Positions 13,689 to 21,816 of a DNA stretch of 40,000 bases are shown here, one piece after another. The notes beneath the pieces were generated by a model. The model worked only from the letters and a program-made list of their open reading frames with translations, was not told the origin of the DNA and searched no databases. Position numbers and translations under genes: made by a program. This DNA comes from Candidatus Limnocylindrales bacterium (GTDB lineage: Bacteria > Acidobacteriota > Terriglobia > Bryobacterales > Bryobacteraceae): positions 1 to 40,000 of the forward strand of contig DATNFO010000075.1 in assembly GCA_035606355.1 (NCBI GenBank), given 5' to 3'. Positions within the stretch are counted from its first letter, which is position 1. Every line of letters starts with the position of its first letter.

Positions 13689-16330
13689 AGCAACCTCTCG
13701 CTCGACATCAGGAGTTCTTGCTGCGTAGCCGCGGCCTGTCTCGCCGCGTCGGTATATGGCCGATATACCCGAGGACGTGCGCCATCAGAGAGACGCGCTC
13801 GATGCTGTTTCCAACCCAAACGCTTGAGAATTGCAGCAACCCGATTGCCGTGCGTTTTCTCCTGCCTCGACGTAACAATATCCAGGCACTCAGGGCCAAG
13901 GATTTCCGTAACCGTAACCTCTTGCCGTGCGCCGCCCCGGAGATAGCCCATGATTTTTTCGTCCCAGGGATCGCTCTTTTGGCGCGCTGCGGTTTGGAGT
14001 CTCGCGGCCTCGATCACTTCCTTGTCATCGAGCCACCACGAAGCGCCGTCTTTGAACCGGTGGTAGGCCTCAGCCCATAGCTGGTCACGTTCGCGCGCCA
14101 GGGCGTCGAGGTTGATATCGCCGCATTCGACGGGCCAGAAACGGCGGTTTTCATCGTCCTGCAAGTACTCTTCAAGGTTGACGGTTCCGGCGAAGATGCA
14201 TTGCCGCGGAACGTCTACCAGTCGCCCGGCGTATGGAGGCCGGTAGCGTTCGACGGTACGCGACATGAACGCTTTCACTTCTTCCACTTCGCTTTTCGTA
14301 ATACTGCCCATCTCGCCGATTTCGATAATCCAGACCCCATGGGTTTGCATGCTCGCGTCTTTACTGCGCATCGCCTCAAGTTGATCGGTAAACCAATCGC
14401 CGCCAAGCACCTTTAAGGCGCTCGATTTTCGCTTGCCCTGCGGTCCTTCGAGCACAATTGCGCAATCGGCCTTACAGCCCGGCCGCATGACGCGCGCCAC
14501 CGCCGAGATGAGCCACTTCGCTCCAATGTGAGCAAGATACCCGGAGCCTTTCATCGGCTTATCTTCTACGGCTTTCGCGCCGCAAATGACTTCGAGCCAC
14601 CTGTCAATGCGCCAGATTCCATCCCACTCCAGGCCGCGCAAGTAATCCCGTACCGGGTGAAATAAGCGCTCATATCCCACTGCTTCTGCCGCACGGCCGG
14701 CGATCTCGATAGAGACGTCAATGTCGTGGTGCTGGAGCCAGTCGGCGGCGAGCACGTCGTGACGGTTGCCCCACTTGCCTTCCGGCGCTCCCGTCGGCGG
14801 AGCTTTCTTTGCCCACGTCATCTCCGCGAATTCATCCCGCCAAATGACACCTTCCCATTCAGGCGCGTGCCGGAATGCCGTGATGGCGTTCGCTAAATTA
14901 GCGCGCGGCTGGCCATTGCCCGCCCGCAGCAGCAAACTGGTCCACGGCGGCCGGCCGCCGCCGGATTCGCCGCCAGCGGCCGCGGCACGCTTCGTGCGGT
15001 CCTTAATCGCGATCGAGATGACTTTCGCGAGGCGCCGCGATTTCAGGCGGCCACCGAAGTAGTCTTCGAGCCGCGCTTCGGCCTTCGCGCGAGTCAGGGA
15101 GTCAGCCGCGGCAATGAGAGGCGCCAAGTCGTACGCCTGCTCAAGACAGCCCGGGCCGCCTTCGGCCTTCGATGCACGGTCCGCCTCAATCACTTCATCT
15201 ACGGCCTTCAGGACGGTGTGTTGGGCTGCTTCATCGCTCCGGTTTTCATGCATCGCAGGCGGCGGCGCATCACTGTCCTGTGGATCGGTGGCATCACCTC
15301 GTTGAGTCGCTGCATCGAGCGGCCGGGCCCGGTGTTCATTCCGGCCCGGCATGCCGAGCAAGATCGGCGATTTCACATTGGCCGCGCACTGATTGCAGAA
15401 CCGCGATCCGCCGAGAGAATGCCGGACTTTGTTGCACGTCGTCGGTCCGGCGTCGCGCAAGGCATGCTCCAGCTTCTTTGCCGTCTCGCGCGCGTTGTAC
15501 CCGGAATGCGGAGAACTCAGTTCGTGGGCGAGCTGCTCCCCGTTTTCGCACCGCCCCAAAATCGCGAGCTGTGCATACCATTCCGGCTCACTCAGAGACT
15601 TCGCATTGTCGGCAGTCCAGCGCATCCACTCGCACTGGCGTAAGATCGCGCCGACGTCGGCAAGCGGCCACTTCGCGCCGCCCTGGTCGGGTTTCTTGCC
15701 CGCCGCTTTCGGCTGCTGGAGGCGCTGCTTGATTATGTCGACCAGCCAGGAAGGAGCGGGCGGCAGCTCGTCGGCCGGTTCGATGTCCCAAAAGTATGCT
15801 TCGCCTCGCGCGTGCGCGAATGACGGAGGCATAACCACATTGTGGTTTTCAAGCAAGACTTCGAGGCCAGGCTCGATCTCGATCATTCCCGGCGCATTCT
15901 CAACCCCGTCCGGCCACCGGAAATGCTCGTGCAGGCCCTTGCCGCCGGTGACGCACGTCGGACATTCCGGCAGTTTGCCGTGTTTTTCAATCAACGTGCC
16001 GCGCGCCCAATCGCCACCGTTGCGCGGATCTGTGTCTAACACCAAGCAGCCGGAGGCCCTTCCGGTAGCGATCCCTACATTCGCCATCGGCCAGGACTTC
16101 CACCACGCGCGTATCTTCTTTTCATCCGCGCTGGCGAGCTGCTCCCATTTGTTGAACCGCGGATGTTTGCCCGGAGTACGGCACGCGGCGAGCCCTTTCT
16201 CCGCACGCCAGCCGTCACAGGTGCATACTCCATCCGCCGTTAGATTGTGCAGCGGCATGACGCGCCACCCGCGCCGTGCATAATCGAGCGCGGCTTCGAG
16301 CAGCGCGGCGGCCTGCGGATTCACGCTCAC
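13685..16330 (-). CDS. Fused primase-polymerase / helicase replication protein (P4 alpha / VirE-D5 type)
   Basis: 881 aa with a GTG start overlapping the upstream TGA. N-terminus GWRVMPLH...GKHPR...NVGIATGRASGCLVLDTDP looks like the bifunctional prim-pol domain. Walker A LEGPQGKRKSS sits in a VirE/P4-type NTPase region. The basic C-terminal tail is winged-helix-like. Confidence 0.85.
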   Translation of the reverse strand: MSVNPQAAALLEAALDYARRGWRVMPLHNLTADGVCTCDGWRAEKGLAACRTPGKHPRFNKWEQLASADEKKIRAWWKSWPMANVGIATGRASGCLVLDTDPRNGGDWARGTLIEKHGKLPECPTCVTGGKGLHEHFRWPDGVENAPGMIEIEPGLEVLLENHNVVMPPSFAHARGEAYFWDIEPADELPPAPSWLVDIIKQRLQQPKAAGKKPDQGGAKWPLADVGAILRQCEWMRWTADNAKSLSEPEWYAQLAILGRCENGEQLAHELSSPHSGYNARETAKKLEHALRDAGPTTCNKVRHSLGGSRFCNQCAANVKSPILLGMPGRNEHRARPLDAATQRGDATDPQDSDAPPPAMHENRSDEAAQHTVLKAVDEVIEADRASKAEGGPGCLEQAYDLAPLIAAADSLTRAKAEARLEDYFGGRLKSRRLAKVISIAIKDRTKRAAAAGGESGGGRPPWTSLLLRAGNGQPRANLANAITAFRHAPEWEGVIWRDEFAEMTWAKKAPPTGAPEGKWGNRHDVLAADWLQHHDIDVSIEIAGRAAEAVGYERLFHPVRDYLRGLEWDGIWRIDRWLEVICGAKAVEDKPMKGSGYLAHIGAKWLISAVARVMRPGCKADCAIVLEGPQGKRKSSALKVLGGDWFTDQLEAMRSKDASMQTHGVWIIEIGEMGSITKSEVEEVKAFMSRTVERYRPPYAGRLVDVPRQCIFAGTVNLEEYLQDDENRRFWPVECGDINLDALARERDQLWAEAYHRFKDGASWWLDDKEVIEAARLQTAARQKSDPWDEKIMGYLRGGARQEVTVTEILGPECLDIVTSRQEKTHGNRVAAILKRLGWKQHRARLSDGARPRVYRPYTDAARQAAATQQELLMSSERLL

Positions 16331-16578
16331 CGCGCCGCCCCCAGTGCCGCCTGTTGGACTTGTCGAGCCCGCTCAAACAGCGCGTACACGCGCCATTTCT
16401 CCCACGCGCGCGGCGAGGAAAACCAGCGGATCTCCCGTTCGAACTGGCACTCCGGACAGGGAAGGTAGCGGACCTCTTCGACCGGAAGCACCACCGGGTG
16501 GCCGCATTTCGGGCAAGGCAGCGTGATCACGCGCGACTCCGGTTCGCCCACCTGGTCTGGGCCCCGCGCTTGTGGCAC
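16327..16578 (-). CDS. Small zinc-ribbon protein
   Basis: CPKCGH...CPECQ pair. An alternative GTG start at 16530 would give a GTGA overlap with the stop of 16527-16772. Confidence 0.55.
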   Translation of the reverse strand: MPQARGPDQVGEPESRVITLPCPKCGHPVVLPVEEVRYLPCPECQFEREIRWFSSPRAWEKWRVYALFERARQVQQAALGAAR

Positions 16579-16772
16579 TCGCTGCGTTCCAGCGCCTGCC
16601 GTTCTGCCTGGCGAATCCGCATCCAGGCGTAGCGCTCCTCGCGCGTGCCGTTGCGATCGGGAGTGACAGCGCCGGCGAGTTGCGCCTCGACGTCGGCACT
16701 CAAGCGGATAGGTTTATTGCGCCGCTCCGGCTGGTACATGTCGTGTGCGGCGCTGTGGTTTCGGATACCCAT
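16527..16772 (-). CDS. Hypothetical small phage protein
   Basis: 81-aa ORF in the co-oriented gene chain. Basic and Glu/Arg-rich. No motif. Confidence 0.45.
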   Translation of the reverse strand: MGIRNHSAAHDMYQPERRNKPIRLSADVEAQLAGAVTPDRNGTREERYAWMRIRQAERQALERSECHKRGAQTRWANRSRA

Positions 16773-16776
16773 GGAT

Positions 16777-16956
16777 TCAGTTCGCGTTCTGTTTTTGCTT
16801 TCCGTACACCGTCACCTGCTTATGCTTTCTCCCCGGCTGACCAAGCAAACCCCGCCTCTGCGCTTCCAGTGCATTCGGGCAGCACCACGCCTCTTTGCCG
16901 GGTCGCGAATCGATCTGCCGCAGTTCGCCGCCGCAATCGGGGCAGCGATACGTCAT
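16777..16956 (-). CDS. Small zinc-ribbon protein (59 aa)
   Basis: Start set at ATG 16956 (MTYRCPDCGG...CCPN), which forms an ATGA overlap with the stop of 16953-17156. Confidence 0.5.
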   Translation of the reverse strand: MTYRCPDCGGELRQIDSRPGKEAWCCPNALEAQRRGLLGQPGRKHKQVTVYGKQKQNAN

Positions 16957-17156
16957 TCGAAATTCTGAGGAAGTGTCGCGCGACACACCTGATCACGGTA
17001 GAGGCCGACATTCGCCGTCCAATCCCCGCACCTGGTGCACACGTATTCACCGACCGCGTCCTTCCGCCGTCGCCACACGCACGGCCGCAACTGCCGGAGA
17101 ACATCGAGCAGCGCAATCTTGCGCCGGACATCGGCCATGCTCACGAATTCCAGCAC
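16953..17156 (-). CDS. Hypothetical small Cys-containing phage protein
   Basis: 67 aa with a C...CTRC motif. Part of the coupled chain. Confidence 0.5.
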   Translation of the reverse strand: MLEFVSMADVRRKIALLDVLRQLRPCVWRRRKDAVGEYVCTRCGDWTANVGLYRDQVCRATLPQNFE

Positions 17157-17178
17157 GGCGCGCGCCGATCGGACGCGG

Positions 17179-17478
17179 TCAAGCTACATTCGCGTTGAGG
17201 CATTGCCCGCCCCTTTCCGGTTGCGGAGACTTTCTATCCACACCCGCCGCCGCCTCGGCCGCATCGACCATCTGCGCCAGGCGCTCCATACTGATTCGCT
17301 CGCGACTGCCCCACGGGTTCGCGGGATTCGAAAAGGTCCACACGTGGGAGCCCTCCTGCAGCAGTGCTGGCACCAGATCCGGCCGCGCCTTCCGAAGCGC
17401 GTGCCAGCGCATAAACAGCCGCACGGTAATGATGTCGCGGTCCTCGCCTTCTCGGGTCCTACTCGGTCTGTACGTCAC
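17179..17478 (-). CDS. Hypothetical phage protein
   Basis: 99-aa ORF, co-oriented, 1-nt gap to the upstream gene. Confidence 0.5.
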   Translation of the reverse strand: MTYRPSRTREGEDRDIITVRLFMRWHALRKARPDLVPALLQEGSHVWTFSNPANPWGSRERISMERLAQMVDAAEAAAGVDRKSPQPERGGQCLNANVA

Positions 17479-17479
17479 C

Positions 17480-17719
17480 TCAGTTAATCTCCGATGGCGG
17501 CGTTACAGCCTTCACCGCAAATGCGGCATCTGCCGCGCGCTCAAACACGTCGCCGGCGTCTTTGGTCGCGATGAACACCGACACGGTCCCGCCCGGGAAA
17601 GTAATTTCACGGCGCGCGTACCCTTCGTCGCCGCGAGCTTTCGTCCGCTCCATCACGTCGCGGATCATACGGGTCACCATCTTGCCCAACTTTAGGAACT
17701 GCTCATCATCGCGGCTCAT
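17480..17719 (-). CDS. Hypothetical phage protein
   Basis: 79-aa ORF, 1-nt gaps on both sides. Confidence 0.55.
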   Translation of the reverse strand: MSRDDEQFLKLGKMVTRMIRDVMERTKARGDEGYARREITFPGGTVSVFIATKDAGDVFERAADAAFAVKAVTPPSEIN

Positions 17720-17720
17720 C

Positions 17721-18047
17721 TTAAACGCGCTCCTCCGCTGGCTTCGGCATCAGTTGCATTCCAAGACGCAACAGCGGAACTGAGGCATTTGCCACTTCAA
17801 GCTGCCGCTGTCGAAATTCTTCCCTTGGAATCTTCGACCAGTCATCCGCGCAGAGCAGTTCGTTTTCGCGGATCTTGGCTTTCGTCCAATCAATCAGAAC
17901 CGATTTCAATTCGGCGTGTTGCTTCGCCAGTCGCGTGAGTCTCGCGGCATCGCAGTTGGTGTGCTCGAAGGCTGTTACGTCAGGACGATGCAATTCGGGC
18001 TCGCCACACTTCCGGCACTTGCGCATCCGGCCAGCAAATTCACTCAT
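17721..18047 (-). CDS. Hypothetical phage protein with N-terminal CxxC
   Basis: 108 aa. CRKCGEP motif followed by a helical region. ATGA overlap with the ASCH gene. Confidence 0.55.
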   Translation of the reverse strand: MSEFAGRMRKCRKCGEPELHRPDVTAFEHTNCDAARLTRLAKQHAELKSVLIDWTKAKIRENELLCADDWSKIPREEFRQRQLEVANASVPLLRLGMQLMPKPAEERV

Positions 18048-18514
18048 TTCACACGCTCCGGAATGGTGCAGCTAACAAGCGAGCCGGTTCTTTCGTGCAC
18101 GGGAGCGAGCGGCGCATCCGCGTATCTAAGTCCCCCATCTGGCACTCGCCACTCCCACAGGCCGAGAGCGCCGCGTGCCAGTTCCGGCACTGCCAGCAAC
18201 TTCGGCGATTCGTACAGGTGGCCAAACCTGCCCTGAAACCACGGCGATTCATACTGCTTGACGCAGCCGATCTGATTGACCGTGCCGAGAACAGCACCAC
18301 GCTCCAACGATTCAGGGTCCGGGATGCGACAGGCCAGCGCCGGATCGAACGTCCGCACGAAGTCTCGCGCGTCTTCGTATTCGTCACGCGTCATGCCTTG
18401 CGCTGCATGGATCGCAAGCAGCCCACGATACGCTGTATACCAGTCGCGGTTTTCGACCGGCTTGCCGTGGAACAGCAGCCAAGCCCATGGCTGGCGTACG
18501 GTGATAGCTTTCAT
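18044..18514 (-). CDS. ASCH domain protein
   Basis: MKAITVRQPWAWLLFHGKPVENRDW..YRGLLAIHA is the typical ASCH N-terminal pattern seen in prophage ASCH proteins. Confidence 0.75.
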   Translation of the reverse strand: MKAITVRQPWAWLLFHGKPVENRDWYTAYRGLLAIHAAQGMTRDEYEDARDFVRTFDPALACRIPDPESLERGAVLGTVNQIGCVKQYESPWFQGRFGHLYESPKLLAVPELARGALGLWEWRVPDGGLRYADAPLAPVHERTGSLVSCTIPERVK

Positions 18515-18678
18515 CAGCTACTCCATTCCGCCGGGTTCACCGGCAACGCAATTCCCTGCACGGCCAAGCTGACAGCCAGCCACCGCACGAGATGCAACCG
18601 CGCACCGATGGAGCGACCGTCCCAAGGCTTGAGCAGTTCGACGTCGGTGAACGCTTCGAAGCTGGCGCGGCGCTTCAT
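18514..18678 (-). CDS. Small hypothetical protein (54 aa), below the ORF-track cutoff
   Basis: ATG 18678 forms an ATGA overlap with the stop of 18675-19076. Its TGA (18516-18514) shares one nt with the ASCH start. I checked the frame and found no internal stop. Confidence 0.4.
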   Translation of the reverse strand: MKRRASFEAFTDVELLKPWDGRSIGARLHLVRWLAVSLAVQGIALPVNPAEWSS

Positions 18679-19076
18679 GACAGAGCACCCCCCAATCGCT
18701 CTACGGTTTTCAGGATGATTCCCGCTTCGACAGCGCTAATCGGTTTCTCAGGTCCGCAACCAACAGGGCACTGCAACCGCTCCACGCGTGCCGCACCGAA
18801 CAGCCGGCAGACCGCAGGCCGAATCTCATAGACGGAGCAGCGGCCAGAATCCGTGAGCAAGCCGCACGTTATCGTCCCGGGCTTCACGATGGGCCAACCG
18901 TTACCACCACGCGCGGCAAGGATGCGGAAGTGCTCTGCGCGGGTCATCAGCACCGGCCCGCAGCATTCTGTGCATCCGGGCTTGCAGGTGAAGGAAGGAA
19001 TGCGCGCGGTCGCGGCGTCGATCTGCACGAGCGTATCCGCTTTCCGATTCACAGCTCTCGCGCTCCTTGAACGCAT
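18675..19076 (-). CDS. YkgJ-family zinc/iron-chelating domain protein (CxxCxxCC)
   Basis: CKPGCTECCGPV followed by CGLL...GRCSVYEIRPAVCRLF, the hallmark pattern of the UPF0153/YkgJ family. Confidence 0.7.
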   Translation of the reverse strand: MRSRSARAVNRKADTLVQIDAATARIPSFTCKPGCTECCGPVLMTRAEHFRILAARGGNGWPIVKPGTITCGLLTDSGRCSVYEIRPAVCRLFGAARVERLQCPVGCGPEKPISAVEAGIILKTVERLGGALS

Positions 19077-19294
19077 GCAGCCGCATTTTGACGTGCAGGC
19101 GATGGGCTATCCATCGTGTTCGTCTTGATTTCAAGTCCTCTCTTCATCTGCTGCCAGTCATACTCAAACTCTTTTCCGCATTCGAGACAGGTAACATGCT
19201 CGATGCTTGACCGCTGATACTTTGACCGGCGCTCCCTCTGCGGAAACGTGGTGCGGCGGTGCGAGCAGCCAAAGAAAAAGGTACGGAAGTTCAT
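19049..19294 (-). CDS. Small zinc-ribbon-like phage protein
   Basis: 81 aa. C-H...CLECGKEF pattern. ATGA overlap with the upstream gene. Confidence 0.5.
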   Translation of the reverse strand: MNFRTFFFGCSHRRTTFPQRERRSKYQRSSIEHVTCLECGKEFEYDWQQMKRGLEIKTNTMDSPSPARQNAAACVQGAREL

Positions 19295-19830
19295 AGCAGG
19301 GCTCCCACTTCAGCTAGGGCCTGTTCCGTGCCTGACCCTGCGCTAAACTTGCCAAGAACAACAGCCCCGGGCGGCAGAGCTAAGACCCAATCGCAAAAGG
19401 CGCAGATTCGCTCGGCGCTCTTCTGTGTGCCATCCCATTTGCCGGGATAGTCCGGGCCGTTACCGCGCGCCCCAGTGTGAAAACTCACTTGGCCATAGCC
19501 AGGCAGGTCTACATACAACACCCAGGCATGAAACGCTTGCCCTGGATCTTCCTTCCAACCCCAGGTGATTGCTAGGGAGTCGGCATGCGCGAAAAGGATA
19601 TCGCACAGGTTCCCCATTGACCATTGCTTTCGCTCGTACGCGGCCGACCGATTTCCTCGGCCACGGTACACTTTCGCGCGCGCGGAACACTTCTGTGCAC
19701 GAAACAAGTTGACTGCGATTGCCCCTACTGCGTGGCTATCTTGCAGGGCAGCGTAAAACGCTTTCGTCAATTCGCCGTCCGACGCGACATAGACTTCGAT
19801 CGCTTTTGTGCGGATCACAGGCCGCCCCAA
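19291..19830 (-). CDS. Conserved-looking hypothetical phage protein
   Basis: 179 aa. The VLYVDLPGYGQVSFHTGARGNGPDYPGKWDG block looks like a conserved core, but I cannot name the family. Confidence 0.6.
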   Translation of the reverse strand: MGRPVIRTKAIEVYVASDGELTKAFYAALQDSHAVGAIAVNLFRAQKCSARAKVYRGRGNRSAAYERKQWSMGNLCDILFAHADSLAITWGWKEDPGQAFHAWVLYVDLPGYGQVSFHTGARGNGPDYPGKWDGTQKSAERICAFCDWVLALPPGAVVLGKFSAGSGTEQALAEVGALL

Positions 19831-20117
19831 GCTGCCGACCGCCGCGATGCCGCGTCCCTCAGTTCCTGGAGCGCCCGCTCTTCGCGAATCCGGCCCGGAA
19901 GTTCGACGCCTTCACAGCAGATCGCCGGCGTGAAAATTACCGGCTGCCGGAGTATCCATGCTTCGAGATGCTGCAAATGAAACAGCCGCTTTTCGGCTTC
20001 GGCCAGGCGAAGATTCAAATCACCGATCTCAGCGAGCAACTCCTGTTGCGAGCGGACGTTCGAGTGAGTGAACGTTACCGGAATCGGCGCGATATCTCTA
20101 GGGTGAAAGTAGCTCAT
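19815..20117 (-). CDS. Hypothetical phage protein (100 aa)
   Basis: ATG at 20117 forms an ATGA overlap with the stop of 20114-20662. Only this C-terminal part of track ORF 19815-20597 is taken as coding. Confidence 0.5.
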   Translation of the reverse strand: MSYFHPRDIAPIPVTFTHSNVRSQQELLAEIGDLNLRLAEAEKRLFHLQHLEAWILRQPVIFTPAICCEGVELPGRIREERALQELRDAASRRSAAWGGL

Positions 20118-20662
20118 ACTTCCCCCGCCGTTGCTTCGTAGGCTTCCTCGATAGCGCGCACCGTCTCTGGTTTGATCGCAAGAAGCCACGCCTCCACAGG
20201 CCTGCCTTGATGCGCAGCATCGGCTTTGACGTGACGGTAGATATCGAGCACCGGCCGGATTGCATTCCTCAGCTTTTCTTCCCGCGCCCGGTAAGCGGCT
20301 GCCCCGCGCTCGCATTCTGTGCACACGTGTGCAGCTTCCCCGCTTCCTTGCATCCGGTCCGTGGGATGGCAGGCACAGGGGCACTGCTGTAGAGCGGGGG
20401 GAAGCGTTTGCGAGCAGTGGCAGTCTTGGCACAGCCGCTTTTTGTGGATAACCGGTGATACGTCCATGATTCGCTCCTTCGCCGCCTGCGCCAAACGTTG
20501 GCAGCTTTCCGCCTGTACAAGACAGTAGGCTTTCTCTCGCGTTCCGTCTGGACATTCCGCCCAGGCCCGACGCCAGAACGCGGCGGCTGCGCGCCAACTG
20601 CTATAGGCTTCGTGCGCCCGGGCAAGCCGCATGTTTTCGGTGTAGATGGGAGTGTGGCTCAT
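20114..20662 (-). CDS. First early gene: Cys-rich protein with an ANR-like regulator N-terminus (tentative)
   Basis: ATG at 20662 (MSHTPIYTEN...). AAAAFWRRAWAEC...CLVQAESCQRLA resembles ANR-family small regulators as I recall them. It is followed by CQDCHC...CPCACH...CTEC. Confidence 0.5.
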   Translation of the reverse strand: MSHTPIYTENMRLARAHEAYSSWRAAAAFWRRAWAECPDGTREKAYCLVQAESCQRLAQAAKERIMDVSPVIHKKRLCQDCHCSQTLPPALQQCPCACHPTDRMQGSGEAAHVCTECERGAAAYRAREEKLRNAIRPVLDIYRHVKADAAHQGRPVEAWLLAIKPETVRAIEEAYEATAGEV

Positions 20663-20683
20663 GGCGTTGTCCTGCCAAAACTG

Positions 20684-20743
20684 ATCCCGCACAATCCCGC
20701 ACAATTATGGGAAAACACGCCGCAATCCCGCAGAATTCCCGCA
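20684..20743. repeat. Four ATCCCGCA direct repeats in two tandem pairs at the prophage end / early promoter region
   Basis: Copies at 20684-20691, 20694-20701, 20725-20732 and 20735-20743 (the last is ATTCCCGCA). Spacing is 10 bp within pairs and 41 bp between pairs. The nearest copy is 22 nt upstream of the first early gene start. Confidence 0.7.
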
Positions 20744-20855
20744 TGAGGAATGTGGCTATTTTCGACCTGGGTGCTTGGGAGATAAGAGGTTAGGCCAAAA
20801 CAGGAACGCCGCAACCTGTTGGAAACGTTTCGGGTGATATTGTATCATTGGGGCG

Positions 20856-21761
20856 ATGCGCGAAGCGCTCATGGCCGATTCGGCGGGTTTGCGTGGTGAA
20901 GTCACCGCGTATCTCAATTTCTGCCGGATTGAAAAAGGCTTGTCGGAGAACTCTCTGGAAGCGTACTCCTCTGATTTAGAACGGTTTATGGAGCACGTTG
21001 CGACCTCCGAACTGCCCGGTACCGAGGGGTTGCGGGCCTATCTCGACAGCCTGTACCAGGCGGGCCTGGGTAACCGGTCGGTGAGCCGGCATCTGACGAC
21101 ACTGCGCAATTTCTACGGTTTTCTCCTGAGAGAGGGCCGGATTCCGGCCGATCCGACCGAACACTTGCGTGGTCCGAGGCAGTGGCAAACCATCCCTAAG
21201 TTCCTGAATCTGGAAGAGATCCAGAAGCTGATCGAGGCCCCGGACGTCTCTAAGCCGAACGGATCGCGGGACCGCGCGATGCTGGAGTTGCTATACGCCA
21301 CCGGACTACGGGTTTCAGAACTTTGCACCCTGGGCATCGGCGACCTGGACCGCAATATGGGAATCGTGCGGACCACGGGCAAGGGAAACAAGCAGCGGCT
21401 GGTGCCGGTGGGCAAAGCGGCGCTTCAGGCGGTCAGCGAATATCTGGAAAAAGGCCGGCCGGGGCTCCTGAAAGGGCGCTCCAGCCGTCATTTATTTGTA
21501 ACGGCGCGCGGCGGCTGCATGACGCGCCAGGGATTTTGGAAACTGCTGGCCGGCTACGGCAGGAAAGCAGGGATTTTTCGTGGCTTGACGCCGCACGTGT
21601 TGCGGCATAGTTTCGCGACGCATTTGCTGGAGCACGGGGCCGACCTGCGCAGCGTGCAGACGATGCTGGGGCACGCCGATATTTCGACTACCCAGATTTA
21701 TACGCATGTGATGCGATCGAGACTTCGGGAAACGGTTCAGAAACATCATCCTCGGGCCTGA
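20856..21761 (+). CDS. xerD: Tyrosine recombinase XerD
   Basis: 301 aa. N-terminal core-binding pattern YLNFCRIEKGLSENSLEAYSSDLERF. C-terminal HVLRHSFATHLLEHGADLRSVQTMLGHADISTTQIYTHV with the catalytic Tyr. Confidence 0.85.
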   Translation: MREALMADSAGLRGEVTAYLNFCRIEKGLSENSLEAYSSDLERFMEHVATSELPGTEGLRAYLDSLYQAGLGNRSVSRHLTTLRNFYGFLLREGRIPADPTEHLRGPRQWQTIPKFLNLEEIQKLIEAPDVSKPNGSRDRAMLELLYATGLRVSELCTLGIGDLDRNMGIVRTTGKGNKQRLVPVGKAALQAVSEYLEKGRPGLLKGRSSRHLFVTARGGCMTRQGFWKLLAGYGRKAGIFRGLTPHVLRHSFATHLLEHGADLRSVQTMLGHADISTTQIYTHVMRSRLRETVQKHHPRA

Positions 21762-21816
21762 GCGGCGGCTTCAACCGGCCGCTCGGAAGACATTTCAGTA
21801 AGGCGGAACGCTTGCG

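Larger units (their letters stand above)
1..20745 (-). mobile_element. Prophage with lambda-like packaging/head/tail module plus early/replication operon; continues beyond window start
   Basis: About 40 co-oriented minus-strand ORFs, many with 4-nt ATGA/GTGA stop-start overlaps. Order TerS-TerL(GpA)-gpW-portal-S49 protease-decoration-capsid E-neck-tail mirrors lambda Nu1-A-W-B-C-D-E-FII-Z-U-V. Right limit placed after the repeat cluster 20684-20743, just before plus-strand xerD. Confidence 0.85.

Noticed and set aside
19815-20597. 260-aa minus-strand ORF overlapping 20114-20704
   Set aside because: Only its last 100 codons (from ATG 20117, an ATGA overlap) fit the gene chain. The upstream part overlaps the better-supported Cys-rich gene in another frame.
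20819-20848. Possible xerD promoter (TTGGAA, 18-nt spacer, TATCAT) overlapping the 10-bp palindrome GAAACGTTTC (20822-20831)
   Set aside because: It is a by-eye match of modest quality with a non-optimal spacer, so it is too weak to list as a feature.
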